From contig NZ_CP011041.1 of assembly GCF_002310835.1 (NCBI RefSeq), positions 1,170,001 through 1,202,000 on the forward strand: a stretch of DNA of 32,000 nucleotides. Direction: 5' to 3'. Positions 7,497 through 17,620 of this stretch are shown here, in pieces. Under the pieces are notes generated by a model that saw nothing but the letters and a program-made list of their open reading frames with translations, was not told the origin of the DNA and ran no database searches. The DNA comes from Pseudoalteromonas tetraodonis. GTDB lineage: Bacteria; Pseudomonadota; Gammaproteobacteria; Enterobacterales; Alteromonadaceae. A program made the position numbers and the translations under genes. Position 1 is the stretch's first letter, and every line of letters starts with the position of its first letter.

Positions 7497-9110
7497 TTAT
7501 TGTTTGTCAGCGGTGCGTTTGGCTTTAAAGTCAGACTCGCTTGTCCATTTTGGCCAATCACCGTTATTCGCCAGTTGTGAGGCTATATCAACAATCAGTT
7601 CTATATCTTGTTTTACCCCACCTAATGACCAATCAGCTGAGTAATCGTCAGCTTCTTTATGGTATTTATGAGTGATGTAGTCAGGCTCGGTATCACCTAA
7701 GCTCATAAACAGTAAGCTTGGCACACCTTGTTTGGCGAGTGAAAAATGATCCGATCTAAAAAATAAGCCATTTTGCGCACGAGGATCCAGTTTAACTTGA
7801 CGTCCTTGCGCGTTTGCGGCTTTAGCTAAATAGTGTTCCATAGTCGAGAGGTCTTTACCGTACTGTAAAATATAGTCGGTGCTATCGAGTACGTTCATCC
7901 CATCAATATTTAGTAGGGCAACCATATTCTTTGTTGGGATCACGTCACCAGAGGCAAACTGCGCTGAACCAATTAAACCGGTTTCTTCGGCGGTGAAGTT
8001 GGCAAAAATAATCGAGCGTTTAAACGGTGTTTGCTGATGCATTTTTTGCATTATTCGAGCAATCTCAAGGGTGGCCGCGGTGCCTGATGCGTTATCAACG
8101 GCGCCATTATAAATTTTAGGACCGCTGTCGGTTTGTTTAGTGCCAAAGTGATCCCAATGGGCACTAATAACGATGTATTCATCTGGGCTTTCACTGCCTG
8201 TGATTTTTGCGACCACATTATGTGATTTTGCATGTGACACTTCGTTTTTAAATGCAAGGGTTGCTTTTAAATTCAACGCTTTAGCTTGAAATTGCTCACT
8301 AAGTGCTTGTTGCTTTAATTGTTGGTAATTTAAGTGTGCTGATGCAAATATTTGCTCGGTGGCATCGAGTGTTAGCCAGCCCATAACGGGCAATTCAGAT
8401 GCATTGAGGTTGTTATCCATTAGACTGTATTTAGTGCCGGTATTTGAGCTTTCAACTACCCCCCAAGGGTATGCGGCAGGAGCTGTTTCGTGAACAATAA
8501 AGACCGCTTTAGCGCCTTGGCGCGCGGCTTCTTCATATTTATAAGTCCAACGACCATAATAAGTCATGGCATTACCAGTAAATAACGTATCGTCTTGAGT
8601 GGCAAAGCCCGGATCGTTTACCAGCACAATAACGGTTTTACCAGTTACATCAATATTGGCGTAGTCGTTCCAGTTATATTCAGGGGCATTTATACCATAA
8701 CCGACAAAGACCACATCAGAATTTCGAACATCAATAACAGGCTGTAATTGTTTAGTACGAGCAGTAAAGTCTTTACCCCCTTTAAAGCTTAAATCACCCA
8801 TGGTCAATTGCATGTTTTGATCTGCGGTGATCATGGCCATTTTAACCGGATGTAAAAAATCACCGTTATAGGCACCAGTTAACCCTATGGCTTTGTATTG
8901 TTCACTCAAATAGCCAACGGTTTTTACTTCACCCAATGTTAATGGACCGCGACCTTCAAAGTCATCAGAGGCAAGGGTTTTAATATGCTGTTTTATATTA
9001 TTTAAACTAACGCCCGGACTGTTTTCGAGCGAGGAAGTGGGGGTTGCAGACTCTGAGCAACCCGTTAGTACAATAACTAAAAAAAATGTGATGGTTTTTA
9101 TATAAGACAT
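7497..9110 (-). CDS. M28-family aminopeptidase with PA domain (lipoprotein)
   Basis: Lipobox LTGC. M28 metal-ligand motifs SAHWDHFG, DNASG, TAEETGLIGS, NIDGM and SDHFSL. A PA-like insert lies between the N-terminus and the catalytic domain. Confidence 0.85.
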   Translation of the reverse strand: MSYIKTITFFLVIVLTGCSESATPTSSLENSPGVSLNNIKQHIKTLASDDFEGRGPLTLGEVKTVGYLSEQYKAIGLTGAYNGDFLHPVKMAMITADQNMQLTMGDLSFKGGKDFTARTKQLQPVIDVRNSDVVFVGYGINAPEYNWNDYANIDVTGKTVIVLVNDPGFATQDDTLFTGNAMTYYGRWTYKYEEAARQGAKAVFIVHETAPAAYPWGVVESSNTGTKYSLMDNNLNASELPVMGWLTLDATEQIFASAHLNYQQLKQQALSEQFQAKALNLKATLAFKNEVSHAKSHNVVAKITGSESPDEYIVISAHWDHFGTKQTDSGPKIYNGAVDNASGTAATLEIARIMQKMHQQTPFKRSIIFANFTAEETGLIGSAQFASGDVIPTKNMVALLNIDGMNVLDSTDYILQYGKDLSTMEHYLAKAANAQGRQVKLDPRAQNGLFFRSDHFSLAKQGVPSLLFMSLGDTEPDYITHKYHKEADDYSADWSLGGVKQDIELIVDIASQLANNGDWPKWTSESDFKAKRTADKQ

Positions 9111-9272
9111 AATAAGTTAGGAAATAATATTTTTTTCGACTATAACCCCAAACAATAACACAATGCGAATTTTTATCCCTTTTAAACCTATTTTTATGCA
9201 GCTTACCTCTTTGGCCCTTTACCCATTAACCGCCATTAGGTAAGTTAAAAATAATAACAAAAGGGATAAGTA

Positions 9273-10643
9273 ATGAAGCAATTTAATCGTCGGGATTTTT
9301 TAAAGGCAGCCAGTGTAGCTGCCGCTGCTGGTGTGGTTAGTGGCTGTGCATCTAGTGGCAGTGTTCATACTAGCGCGCCTATGCAACAAGGGCGCTCCGT
9401 TATCGGTTTGGTCGCACCTAAAATGGATGTGGTGAGAGTAGGGTTTATTGGTGTGGGTCAGCGCGGGTTTGGCCATGTAAAGCGTATGAGCCACATTGAA
9501 GGCACTCAAATAGTGGCTATTTGCGATACTCATACAGAGGTTTTAGAACGTGCCGCTAATTATTTAGTTGATACGGGAGTGGCAAAGCCTGCATTGTATA
9601 GTGGCAGTGAGCGCGCTTATCAACAAATGCTCGAACGACAAGACATTGATATTGTGATTATTTCAACACCATGGGCATGGCATGCGCCAATGGCTATCGA
9701 TACCATGAACAACGCAAAACATGCTTTTGTTGAAGTGCCTCTAGCACTGACTGTTGATGAAATGTGGCAAATTGTTGATACCGCAGAGCGTACGCAAAAA
9801 AACTGCATGATGATGGAAAATGTTAACTACGGCCGCGACGAGTTAATGGTATTAAACATGGTACGCCAAGGTGTATTTGGGGAGCTGTTACATGGCGAAG
9901 CGGCGTATATTCATGAACTGCGCTGGCAAATGAAAGAGCTTGAGCACAAAACAGGCTCATGGCGAACGCAGTGGCATGCAAGACGTGACGGTAATTTATA
10001 TCCTACGCATGGATTAGGGCCGGTATCGCAATACATGAATATAAATCGTGGCGATCGGTTCGATTTTTTAACCTCAATGAGCTCACCTTCACTTGGCCGA
10101 AGCGCCTATGCGCAACGTGAGTTTGCTGCCGAACACCCCCGTAACCAGCTCAATTATATTGCCGGTGACATGAACACGACGCTGATTAAAACTCTCAAAG
10201 GGCGCAGTATTATGGTGCAGCACGATACGACAACCCCTCGGCCGTACTCACGACATAACTTAATACAAGGCACGAATGGCGTGTTTGCAGGTTTCCCTAA
10301 TCGTATTGCCCTTGAAACTGGTGGCTCAAAAAGTTTTCATGAGTGGGATTATGATATGAGCGCATGGTATGAGCAGTACGACCATCCCTTATGGACAAAA
10401 ATGGGTGAAGAGGCGCAGCGCAATGGTGGTCACGGTGGCATGGACTTTTTAATGTTTTGGCGGATGATTTACTGCTTAAGAAATGGTGAACCGCTAGATC
10501 AAGACGTTTATGACGGGGCGGCATGGTCGGTTATTTCGCCGTTATCAGCCCAGTCTGTGAGTGAGCGTAGCCGCTCAATAGATATTCCCGATTTTACTCG
10601 CGGGGCATGGCAAACCGCACAGCCTTTGGGCATTGTAAGCTAA
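9273..10643 (+). CDS. Tat-exported Gfo/Idh/MocA-family NAD-dependent enzyme, GH109 (alpha-N-acetylgalactosaminidase)-like
   Basis: Twin-arginine signal [16 protein letters not shown]. Rossmann motif [10 protein letters not shown]. The roughly 450-aa length and architecture are typical of GH109-type proteins. Confidence 0.7.
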   Translation: MKQFNRRDFLKAASVAAAAGVVSGCASSGSVHTSAPMQQGRSVIGLVAPKMDVVRVGFIGVGQRGFGHVKRMSHIEGTQIVAICDTHTEVLERAANYLVDTGVAKPALYSGSERAYQQMLERQDIDIVIISTPWAWHAPMAIDTMNNAKHAFVEVPLALTVDEMWQIVDTAERTQKNCMMMENVNYGRDELMVLNMVRQGVFGELLHGEAAYIHELRWQMKELEHKTGSWRTQWHARRDGNLYPTHGLGPVSQYMNINRGDRFDFLTSMSSPSLGRSAYAQREFAAEHPRNQLNYIAGDMNTTLIKTLKGRSIMVQHDTTTPRPYSRHNLIQGTNGVFAGFPNRIALETGGSKSFHEWDYDMSAWYEQYDHPLWTKMGEEAQRNGGHGGMDFLMFWRMIYCLRNGEPLDQDVYDGAAWSVISPLSAQSVSERSRSIDIPDFTRGAWQTAQPLGIVS

Positions 10644-10649
10644 GCCAAA

Positions 10650-10679
10650 TAAAAAAAGAGCGCATGCGCTCTTTTTTTA
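10650..10679. terminator. Bidirectional Rho-independent terminator
   Basis: aaaaaaa-gagcgcatgcgctc-ttttttt: a perfect GC-rich palindrome flanked by an A7 and a T7 run, between convergent genes. Confidence 0.85.
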
Positions 10680-10696
10680 TTTATTGGTTATGTTTA

Positions 10697-12283
10697 TTAG
10701 CTACTTCTCACATCAACCTTGAGTTTAAGCTTTTGGCCTGGCTGTAAGTATTTTTGCCCAGCCAAGTCATTCCATTTAATTATATCGCTCACGGTTAAAT
10801 TAAACTTAGAGGCTATACGCGCTAATGAATCACCCCGACGCACTTTATAAGTAATAGTGCGATTGGTGTTATTCGCTGACTCTTTAGGCTGATTTGCTGA
10901 TTTATAAACAACCAATTTTTGATTTAAACGCAGTACTGCATTTTTCTTCAGCTTATTCCACTTAGCTAATTCACCTATAGTGACATCGTATTCGCGGCTT
11001 ATGTCCCACAATGTGTCACCACTTTTTACCGTGTGTGAGAGCTTAGTACGCAAACTTTTATTAGCAGCCGCGCGTACTTGCTGAGGTAAATGTTCACTGT
11101 TAATTTTACCATCTGTTAGCGGCACTAAAATTTGTTGGCCAACACGAATGACGTTTGAATTAAGCTTATTTAATGACTTTATTGCATTGGTGCTAGTGGT
11201 AAATTTACTGGCAATTACCGACAGGCTATCACCTTTTTTAACTTTGTATTGTTGCCAGCGAAGACGATTTTTAATGTCAGTTGCAGCCAATTTTTCTGTA
11301 AATTGCTCTACTTTATCGGTGGGTATTAATAAAAAGTGTGGACCATCAGGGTCTGTTGCCCAGCGGTTAAATCCAGGGTTTAGCCTGTATAGCTCGGTGA
11401 GGGTCATGTCGGCCATGTCGGCTGCCAGCGCTAAATCAATTTGTGACTCAATATTGACCACTTCAACCACTTGCGCGTTAATAATAGGCTTCCATGACAC
11501 ATTAAAATCATCAGCACGCTTTAATAAATCGGCTAATGCTAATAATTTAGGCACGTAGGCAGTGGTTTCACGAGGTAAATCAAGTGACCAAAAATCGGTA
11601 GGTAAATGCTTTTTACGATTCTTTTTAATCGCACGCAGTAAGCGGCCTTCACCTGAGTTATAAGCTGCAATTGCGTTCAGCCAGTCACCCTCAAGGGTTT
11701 TGTGTAAGTATGAGAGATAATCAAGCGCTGCGCGAGTTGATTGCACAATGTCGCGACGGCCGTCATACCACCAGTTTTGTTTTAAATCAAAACGCTCGCC
11801 GGTTGCTGGCATAAATTGCCAAATACCTGATGCGGTGCGATGCGAGTAGCCATAAGGGTCAAAAGCACTTTCTACTATAGGTAAAAGTGCTATTTCGATT
11901 GGCATTTCACGCTTTTCAATTTCTTCAACAATAAAGTGCAAATACGGCTCAGCACGTTTAGAGATACGATCTAAGTATGCTTGATGGCGCGCATAATAGT
12001 TACGCTCAGCGACTACTGGGCGATTTTGTGGAATATCGATAGATAATTGGTAACGAATACGCTCCCAAACATCGTCAAACACAGGGGCTTCCTCTTCGAT
12101 ATCGTTCACTTGTTGATATTGCGCGTTCATCATCAGCGCCGTGCTAATATCGTTTGGGCTTGCGCCTTCAAGCTGGTCTAGTGCCTGATTTTGTGAATCT
12201 GTGTTTAACGTTGTCAGAGTTTGACAACCGCTTAGCGTCATCGCTAAGACCAATAAAAGAGGAGATTTATTCATAAATACCAA
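10697..12283 (-). CDS. mltD: Membrane-bound lytic murein transglycosylase D with three LysM domains
   Basis: Lipobox LSGC. SLT catalytic region IVESAFDPYGYSHRTASGIWQFMPATG. Three C-terminal LysM repeats (YKVKKGDSL..., HTVKSGDTL..., YKVRRGDSL...). The start may instead be the ATG at 12274 (MNKSPLL). Confidence 0.88.
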   Translation of the reverse strand: MVFMNKSPLLLVLAMTLSGCQTLTTLNTDSQNQALDQLEGASPNDISTALMMNAQYQQVNDIEEEAPVFDDVWERIRYQLSIDIPQNRPVVAERNYYARHQAYLDRISKRAEPYLHFIVEEIEKREMPIEIALLPIVESAFDPYGYSHRTASGIWQFMPATGERFDLKQNWWYDGRRDIVQSTRAALDYLSYLHKTLEGDWLNAIAAYNSGEGRLLRAIKKNRKKHLPTDFWSLDLPRETTAYVPKLLALADLLKRADDFNVSWKPIINAQVVEVVNIESQIDLALAADMADMTLTELYRLNPGFNRWATDPDGPHFLLIPTDKVEQFTEKLAATDIKNRLRWQQYKVKKGDSLSVIASKFTTSTNAIKSLNKLNSNVIRVGQQILVPLTDGKINSEHLPQQVRAAANKSLRTKLSHTVKSGDTLWDISREYDVTIGELAKWNKLKKNAVLRLNQKLVVYKSANQPKESANNTNRTITYKVRRGDSLARIASKFNLTVSDIIKWNDLAGQKYLQPGQKLKLKVDVRSS

Positions 12284-12461
12284 TACATAGGGTAAAAAAC
12301 TCGGCGAATACTACCCATAATGAGTCAACATTGCCACTTATGACCGTTAAAAGTTCCAAACAAATATGATTAGAAAATGTTAACTTATTGTTTATTAACT
12401 AATCGTTTTATTATTGTTGTTGCTAGCGCATGTTTAACCTTGAAAGGTCAACAGGCCCAAA

Positions 12462-13235
12462 TTAAAAATGATCTTTGAACTTTCTCAGACTAGCAAAGTT
12501 TTCCCAAGGTTCATTGTTTTTTGTAACTAAACAATATTCTTTTGGTATTAATTCTGTAATGTTTGGCAAATTACTACGCATAAAAGGGTTAATTTTCAGC
12601 TCATGGCCTATGGTACTTGGCAACGTTATTTCATCTTTATTACGCAATTCATCCACTTGCTGGCTGTAAGCGAGTAACTCGGGGTTTCGTGGCTCAACCG
12701 CTTTTGCAAACGCCAAATTCGCCTGGGTGTATTCATGAGTACAATACACTTTGCAATCACTCGGTAGTGCACTAAGTTTATTAAATGAATGCCACATTTG
12801 TTCTGGAGTGCCTTCAAATAAGCGCCCACAACCACCGCTAAATAATGTGTCGCCAGTAAAGGCAAGTGCATCATTAACATAACAAATATGATCGAGTGTG
12901 TGGCCAGGCGTGGTGATAATATTAAATGAGGTGCCTAAAACGGTAATCGTTTGGTCTTCATTTAAAGGCTCTGTTATTCCTTTAAATGGACTGTTACTTG
13001 GGCCATAAACCTCAACGTTTGGATACTGTTTTACTAATTGGGCAACGCCATCAGTGTGATCATAATGATGATGCGTTATTAAAATACCGCCTAGGGTTAA
13101 ATTATACTGTGCTAAATGCTCAGTGACCGGCGCAGATTGGCCAGGGTCAACCACCCACGCTTGATTATTATGCTCGGTGGTTAAGCACCAAATGTAGTTA
13201 TCAGAAAAGGCTTTAATTGCTTTGACTTGCACCAT
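12462..13235 (-). CDS. gloB: Hydroxyacylglutathione hydrolase (glyoxalase II)
   Basis: Metallo-beta-lactamase motif ITHHHYDHTDG, plus TPGHTLDH and CTHEYT. The position between mltD and yafS matches E. coli. Confidence 0.92.
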   Translation of the reverse strand: MVQVKAIKAFSDNYIWCLTTEHNNQAWVVDPGQSAPVTEHLAQYNLTLGGILITHHHYDHTDGVAQLVKQYPNVEVYGPSNSPFKGITEPLNEDQTITVLGTSFNIITTPGHTLDHICYVNDALAFTGDTLFSGGCGRLFEGTPEQMWHSFNKLSALPSDCKVYCTHEYTQANLAFAKAVEPRNPELLAYSQQVDELRNKDEITLPSTIGHELKINPFMRSNLPNITELIPKEYCLVTKNNEPWENFASLRKFKDHF

Positions 13236-13288
13236 GTATCGTTGCTCTATAAAGTGGTATTTAATTAATATTATAACGAGCTTATATA

Positions 13289-14050
13289 ATGAAACCAGCC
13301 CTTAGTTTTCAAGAAGGCCCCAAACCGTTGTCATGGCAACAGTTTCCGCATGGTGATTATTTACGTTGTGATATAGAACGCAAATTGTCGCCGTGGTTAC
13401 CACGTATGTTTGGCTATCATATGCTTAAATTGGGTAATTTAAGTGGCGAGTTAGATACCAGCAAAAGTTCCATTAAGCATCAAGTATGCGTTGCAGAGCC
13501 AGGCCCTTATACCGGAGTGGTGGCTGACATAGACGAACTGCCTTTTTATGAGCACAGTATAGATGCGTGCATTATGAGCCATTGTTTAGAGTATCACTCA
13601 GATCCACATCATATATTACGTGAGGCTCATCGTACGCTTATTCCCGGCGGTTATATTGCCATTACCGGTTTTAATCCGTTTAGCTTTTGTGGGTTAGCGC
13701 AATTACTGCCATTTAGTGGTCAAAAATTACCGTGGACAGGGCGCTTTTTTACCCCTGCACGGGTAAAAGACTGGCTTAATTTGCTTGGGTTTGAAATTGT
13801 GGCCGATGAACGCTTTATTTATTCATCGTTGGCACGCGGTAACCGGTTGTCGCGGTTTGCGTTTTGGCGCAGCTTTACCAAGCAATATTTAAAACCTATG
13901 GGCAGTGTATATTTGCTGGTGGCACGAAAGCGTGTTGCGCCACTTACGCCAATAAAACCTAAGTGGCATGCACGGCCACAATTTGCGCCAATAAAAGGGG
14001 TAGGGCTTAGGCAGACCTCAAAACAACATTATCAGCAAAATAAAAAATAG
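13289..14050 (+). CDS. yafS: Class I SAM-dependent methyltransferase, YafS-like
   Basis: Methyltransferase fold motifs (DIDELPF...SIDACIMSHCLEY, LIPGGYIAITGFNP). It is divergent from gloB and convergent with rnhA, exactly as E. coli yafS is. Confidence 0.7.
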   Translation: MKPALSFQEGPKPLSWQQFPHGDYLRCDIERKLSPWLPRMFGYHMLKLGNLSGELDTSKSSIKHQVCVAEPGPYTGVVADIDELPFYEHSIDACIMSHCLEYHSDPHHILREAHRTLIPGGYIAITGFNPFSFCGLAQLLPFSGQKLPWTGRFFTPARVKDWLNLLGFEIVADERFIYSSLARGNRLSRFAFWRSFTKQYLKPMGSVYLLVARKRVAPLTPIKPKWHARPQFAPIKGVGLRQTSKQHYQQNKK

Positions 14051-14064
14051 TGCGATGTTGAGGG

Positions 14065-14529
14065 TTATGGTTGGTAACCTTCATCATCAATTAAGTTGTT
14101 GCCGCTGGCCGCATCACGTGCAAGGTCGTCAACAATTTCATTATATTTATGGCCACTGTGACCTTTTACCCATTTCCAGGTAACGTCGTGCTCGGCGCAG
14201 GCTTTATCGAGACGTTTCCATAAGTCGACATTTTTAACCGGCTTTTTAGCAGAGGTTTGCCAACCGCGTTTTTTCCAATTGGTGATCCACGACTCAATGC
14301 CTTGTTTTACGTATTGGCTATCGGTAGTCAGGGTAACAGGGCATGAACGATTAAGTGATTCTAGCGCAACAATGGCAGCTAGCATTTCCATGCGGTTGTT
14401 TGTTGTGAGTTTGTAACCTTGACTTAATTTTTTTTCGTGGGCTTCATAAATCATAAAAATACCATAACCACCGGGGCCTGGATTACCTAAACACGAACCA
14501 TCGGTGTAAATCTCTACGGTTTTTTGCAC
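14065..14529 (-). CDS. rnhA: Ribonuclease HI
   Basis: [19 protein letters not shown]...TTNNRMEL-like...TDSQYV...[13 protein letters not shown] is a clear RNase H type 1 match. Confidence 0.95.
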   Translation of the reverse strand: MQKTVEIYTDGSCLGNPGPGGYGIFMIYEAHEKKLSQGYKLTTNNRMEMLAAIVALESLNRSCPVTLTTDSQYVKQGIESWITNWKKRGWQTSAKKPVKNVDLWKRLDKACAEHDVTWKWVKGHSGHKYNEIVDDLARDAASGNNLIDDEGYQP

Positions 14530-14597
14530 TGTTTTACCTTGATATTATGTACAATAAAGTGATTATAGAAAGATACCAGAGTCAGGCTTAATTCGAT

Positions 14598-15311
14598 ATG
14601 GCACGCAGACAAATAGTTTTAGATACAGAAACCACCGGCATCGACCCTAAACAAGGGCATCGTATTATTGAGATTGGCTGTGTGGAGCTAATGAATCGTC
14701 GGTTAACCGGCAATAATTTTCACGTTTACATAAATCCACAACGCAGCATTGAAGAAGAAGCAATCGACGTTCACGGTATTACCAACGAATTTTTACGTGA
14801 CAAACCGCTTTTTAGAGACATTGCCCAAGAGTTTTTTGACTATATTAAAGACGCAGAACTCGTTATTCATAACGCGCCGTTCGATATTGGCCATATGGAT
14901 AATGAATTTGCGTTATTAAATCAAGGTTATCAAAACACCCATGATTTTTGTGGCGTGCTTGATACCCTTAAAATGGCGCGTGACTTGCATCCAGGACAAA
15001 AGAACAACCTAGATGCGCTTTGCCGTCGCTACGATGTTGATAACACTAAGCGGACGTTACACGGCGCCTTACTGGATTCTGAGATTTTAGCCGATGTTTA
15101 CCTGGCAATGACCGGGGGACAAGTAAAGCTAAATCTAAATCAAAATAAAGATGACTCAAGTGAAGATCAAAAGGGCGGTATTAGGCGCTTAAACAGCGAT
15201 AGAGCCCCTTTGGTTGTTGTAGCAGCAAGCGAAGCAGAGCAAAGCGCACATCAATCACGTTTAGACATTGTACAAAAGGAGGGCGGCCATTGTTTATGGC
15301 GCGCTGAATAA
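14598..15311 (+). CDS. dnaQ: DNA polymerase III epsilon subunit (3'-5' proofreading exonuclease)
   Basis: ExoI RQIVLDTETTG, ExoII HNAPFDIGHMD, ExoIII HGALLDSEILADVY. It is divergent from rnhA, as in enterobacteria. Confidence 0.95.
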   Translation: MARRQIVLDTETTGIDPKQGHRIIEIGCVELMNRRLTGNNFHVYINPQRSIEEEAIDVHGITNEFLRDKPLFRDIAQEFFDYIKDAELVIHNAPFDIGHMDNEFALLNQGYQNTHDFCGVLDTLKMARDLHPGQKNNLDALCRRYDVDNTKRTLHGALLDSEILADVYLAMTGGQVKLNLNQNKDDSSEDQKGGIRRLNSDRAPLVVVAASEAEQSAHQSRLDIVQKEGGHCLWRAE

Positions 15312-15320
15312 GGCACTATT

Positions 15321-16691
15321 ATGAAAACGCTATTAGTAGTTTCACTGTTTTTAATAGCCGCGTGCTTCATTCCCGATGCACACAGCGTTAAACAAGTTGA
15401 AGAGTTAAAAGGCAGCGGTAAACAAAATGAAATACCGTTACTGGATAACCGTTTTCGTATAGATGACAAAATTGATGAAATAAAATTAATATTTTTTAGA
15501 CGTCCTGGGTCGCCTGCCGTTATTTTAGTTAGACCCGATGGCACTAAATACTTTGCAACCAATGCGGTAAGAAACACCAGCCTAGATTGGTACGACGAAT
15601 TAAATTACGACCTAGTGGTTATTCGCAACCCTATGCCTGGGCCATGGCAAGTTATTGGCCAAATAATGCCACAGAGCCGTATTGTTGTAATTGGTGAGCT
15701 ATCACTTAAGGTTGATCCACTCCCTAAGATTCTTTTTCAGGGTGAAACTGTAAAGGTAACCGGTGAGATTTTAAATGATGGCGAGCCCATTCGCGCTAAT
15801 CTTTTCAAAGATGCGGTATCGCTCAATGTGAGTTTTGTGAGTACCAATAATGAAAATTTTGAAAATTTTGGAGCGGGCATACAGCAAGTTACTGAATTTA
15901 AAGACGATGGCTACGGATTTGATGAAAGTGCAAAAGACGGTGTGTTTACGGGTGAGTTTACCTTAAATTTCACTCCAGGCGAGTGGCGGCCAGAACTTTA
16001 TATTACCACCGATGTCCTTGAGCGACGAGTTGTTCAAGACACGATAGTTGTGCATGAGCCGCCTTTTAGTTTTACCTCAGTTGAAGCAACCGATGAGGGG
16101 GACGATCACCGTATTACTATAAATATTGATGAAAAGTTATTAAAGCCTGAAACCGTGATCATGCAAGGGAAAATTTATTATCCCAATAATGAAGAGCAAG
16201 TATTTTACTTAGACACTAATAACACCGCAGTAAGAGAACTGGCTTTACAAGATTACGGATGGGGACGTTACAACATTGAAATTTCTGTGTTTGGCTCAAC
16301 AGTAAATGACAGAGAGTTTATGGCTACGTTGCCAACCTATTTATTTGAAATAGAAAGACCGATAGAAGTTATTCCTGAAATTCCAAAAGCGAGCATCATT
16401 AAGGAAGAAAATATTCCAGAGCCTGTTATAAAACCAAAAGTAATGGCCACGGGATTAATGGTTAGTTTAATTATTGGTGGGAATTTGGCCATATTATTTA
16501 TTGGTTGGTTATGTATTCGTGTTTTTGTGCAGAATAAACCGATAAAACTTAAATTGAATTTTGCTTTTTTAAAGAAAAAGAAAGCAACCGAGGCAAAAAA
16601 ATCAGATCAGCAAAAAACAACTGATGCAGAAAATGGCTCAAAAAATGACAAAACAGGTGAAATTTTAAACCTTTCGATGTCAGATGACTAA
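15321..16691 (+). CDS. Exported single-pass membrane protein of unknown function (possibly the TIGR03503-type family, which I cannot verify)
   Basis: Signal peptide, a roughly 350-aa beta-rich ectodomain, one TM helix (GLMVSLIIGGNLAILFIGWLCIRVF) and a Lys-rich cytoplasmic tail. It starts 9 bp after dnaQ. Confidence 0.55.
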   Translation: MKTLLVVSLFLIAACFIPDAHSVKQVEELKGSGKQNEIPLLDNRFRIDDKIDEIKLIFFRRPGSPAVILVRPDGTKYFATNAVRNTSLDWYDELNYDLVVIRNPMPGPWQVIGQIMPQSRIVVIGELSLKVDPLPKILFQGETVKVTGEILNDGEPIRANLFKDAVSLNVSFVSTNNENFENFGAGIQQVTEFKDDGYGFDESAKDGVFTGEFTLNFTPGEWRPELYITTDVLERRVVQDTIVVHEPPFSFTSVEATDEGDDHRITINIDEKLLKPETVIMQGKIYYPNNEEQVFYLDTNNTAVRELALQDYGWGRYNIEISVFGSTVNDREFMATLPTYLFEIERPIEVIPEIPKASIIKEENIPEPVIKPKVMATGLMVSLIIGGNLAILFIGWLCIRVFVQNKPIKLKLNFAFLKKKKATEAKKSDQQKTTDAENGSKNDKTGEILNLSMSDD

Positions 16692-16718
16692 AAAACCTGT
16701 AAAAAAACAAAAAAGCCC

Positions 16719-16747
16719 TTGACGAAGTAGGGGCTGGTTCGTATTAT
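16719..16747 (+). promoter_or_regulatory. Sigma70 promoter of the tRNA-Asp array
   Basis: TTGACG (16719-16724), 17-bp spacer, TATTAT (16742-16747), then a GC-rich discriminator (cacgccgc) typical of stringently controlled stable-RNA promoters. It lies about 40 bp upstream of the first tRNA. Confidence 0.6.
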
Positions 16748-16789
16748 TCACGCCGCTGTCAGGGGAGACTCAGACAGCAACGAAAATGC

Positions 16790-16866
16790 GGAGTGGTAGT
16801 TCAGTTGGTTAGAATACCGGCCTGTCACGCCGGGGGTCGCGGGTTCGAGTCCCGTCCACTCCGCCA
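16790..16866 (+). tRNA. tRNA-Asp (anticodon GTC), copy 1 of 7
   Basis: 77 nt: GGAGTGG acceptor stem, anticodon arm ccggc-CTGTCAC-gccgg, T-arm GGGTTCGAGTCCC and encoded CCA. It is near-identical to E. coli tRNA-Asp. Confidence 0.97.
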
Positions 16867-16893
16867 ATTTTCGACAATTTGTAAGTAAAAGCT

Positions 16894-16970
16894 GGAGTGG
16901 TAGTTCAGTTGGTTAGAATACCGGCCTGTCACGCCGGGGGTCGCGGGTTCGAGTCCCGTCCACTCCGCCA
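16894..16970 (+). tRNA. tRNA-Asp (GTC), copy 2
   Basis: Identical 77-nt sequence. Confidence 0.97.
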
Positions 16971-17011
16971 ACACTTACACAACATATGGTTGTAAAACAT
17001 ATTCTTATTAT

Positions 17012-17088
17012 GGAGTGGTAGTTCAGTTGGTTAGAATACCGGCCTGTCACGCCGGGGGTCGCGGGTTCGAGTCCCGTCCACTCCGCCA
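17012..17088 (+). tRNA. tRNA-Asp (GTC), copy 3
   Basis: Identical 77-nt sequence. Confidence 0.97.
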
Positions 17089-17119
17089 ATAAGAAAAAAT
17101 AACAGTTTAAATACACGCT

Positions 17120-17196
17120 GGAGTGGTAGTTCAGTTGGTTAGAATACCGGCCTGTCACGCCGGGGGTCGCGGGTTCGAGTCCCGTCCACTCCGCCA
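17120..17196 (+). tRNA. tRNA-Asp (GTC), copy 4
   Basis: Identical 77-nt sequence. Confidence 0.97.
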
Positions 17197-17234
17197 ACTA
17201 TTTAAACACTGTTATATTACAAAATTTGTATGCT

Positions 17235-17311
17235 GGAGTGGTAGTTCAGTTGGTTAGAATACCGGCCTGTCACGCCGGGGGTCGCGGGTTCGAGTCCCGT
17301 CCACTCCGCCA
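17235..17311 (+). tRNA. tRNA-Asp (GTC), copy 5
   Basis: Identical 77-nt sequence. Confidence 0.97.
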
Positions 17312-17348
17312 ACAAATTAAGTAATGACAAGTAAAAAGATATCTCTGC

Positions 17349-17425
17349 GGAGTGGTAGTTCAGTTGGTTAGAATACCGGCCTGTCACGCCGGGGGTCGCG
17401 GGTTCGAGTCCCGTCCACTCCGCCA
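17349..17425 (+). tRNA. tRNA-Asp (GTC), copy 6
   Basis: Identical 77-nt sequence. Confidence 0.97.
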
Positions 17426-17478
17426 TTTGATATCGTAACAAAATTAGTAAGTGCATTACCCCATGCACATACCACTGC

Positions 17479-17555
17479 GGAGTGGTAGTTCAGTTGGTTA
17501 GAATACCGGCCTGTCACGCCGGGGGTCGCGGGTTCGAGTCCCGTCCACTCCGCCA
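17479..17555 (+). tRNA. tRNA-Asp (GTC), copy 7
   Basis: Identical 77-nt sequence. Confidence 0.97.
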
Positions 17556-17578
17556 CTTGTTATTTCCTCAATAACAAG
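17556..17578 (+). terminator. Hairpin immediately after the last tRNA (possible terminator or processing structure)
   Basis: Perfect 9-bp stem cttgttatt / aataacaag with loop tcctc. There is no strong T-run, so confidence is low. Confidence 0.4.
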
Positions 17579-17620
17579 CAATAAATAATTTACTTATTAA
17601 TAAATACAAACATCATTTTA

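Noticed and set aside
14530-14597. Possible LexA/SOS box in the rnhA-dnaQ divergent promoter region (CTGT at about 14530)
   Set aside because: No ACAG follows at the required 8-bp spacing, so this is not a CTGT-N8-ACAG site.
16790-17555. Regular repeat-spacer architecture that could be mistaken for a CRISPR array
   Set aside because: The 77-nt repeats fold as complete tRNA-Asp cloverleaves with encoded CCA. The repeat length is far outside the CRISPR range, and there are no cas genes in the window.
16913-17556. Three minus-strand ORFs (94, 83 and 62 aa) with repeated MAEWTGLEPATPGVTGRYSNQLNYHS peptides
   Set aside because: They are antisense translations of the repeated tRNA-Asp genes. The peptide repeat simply mirrors the tRNA repeat, so these are not protein-coding.
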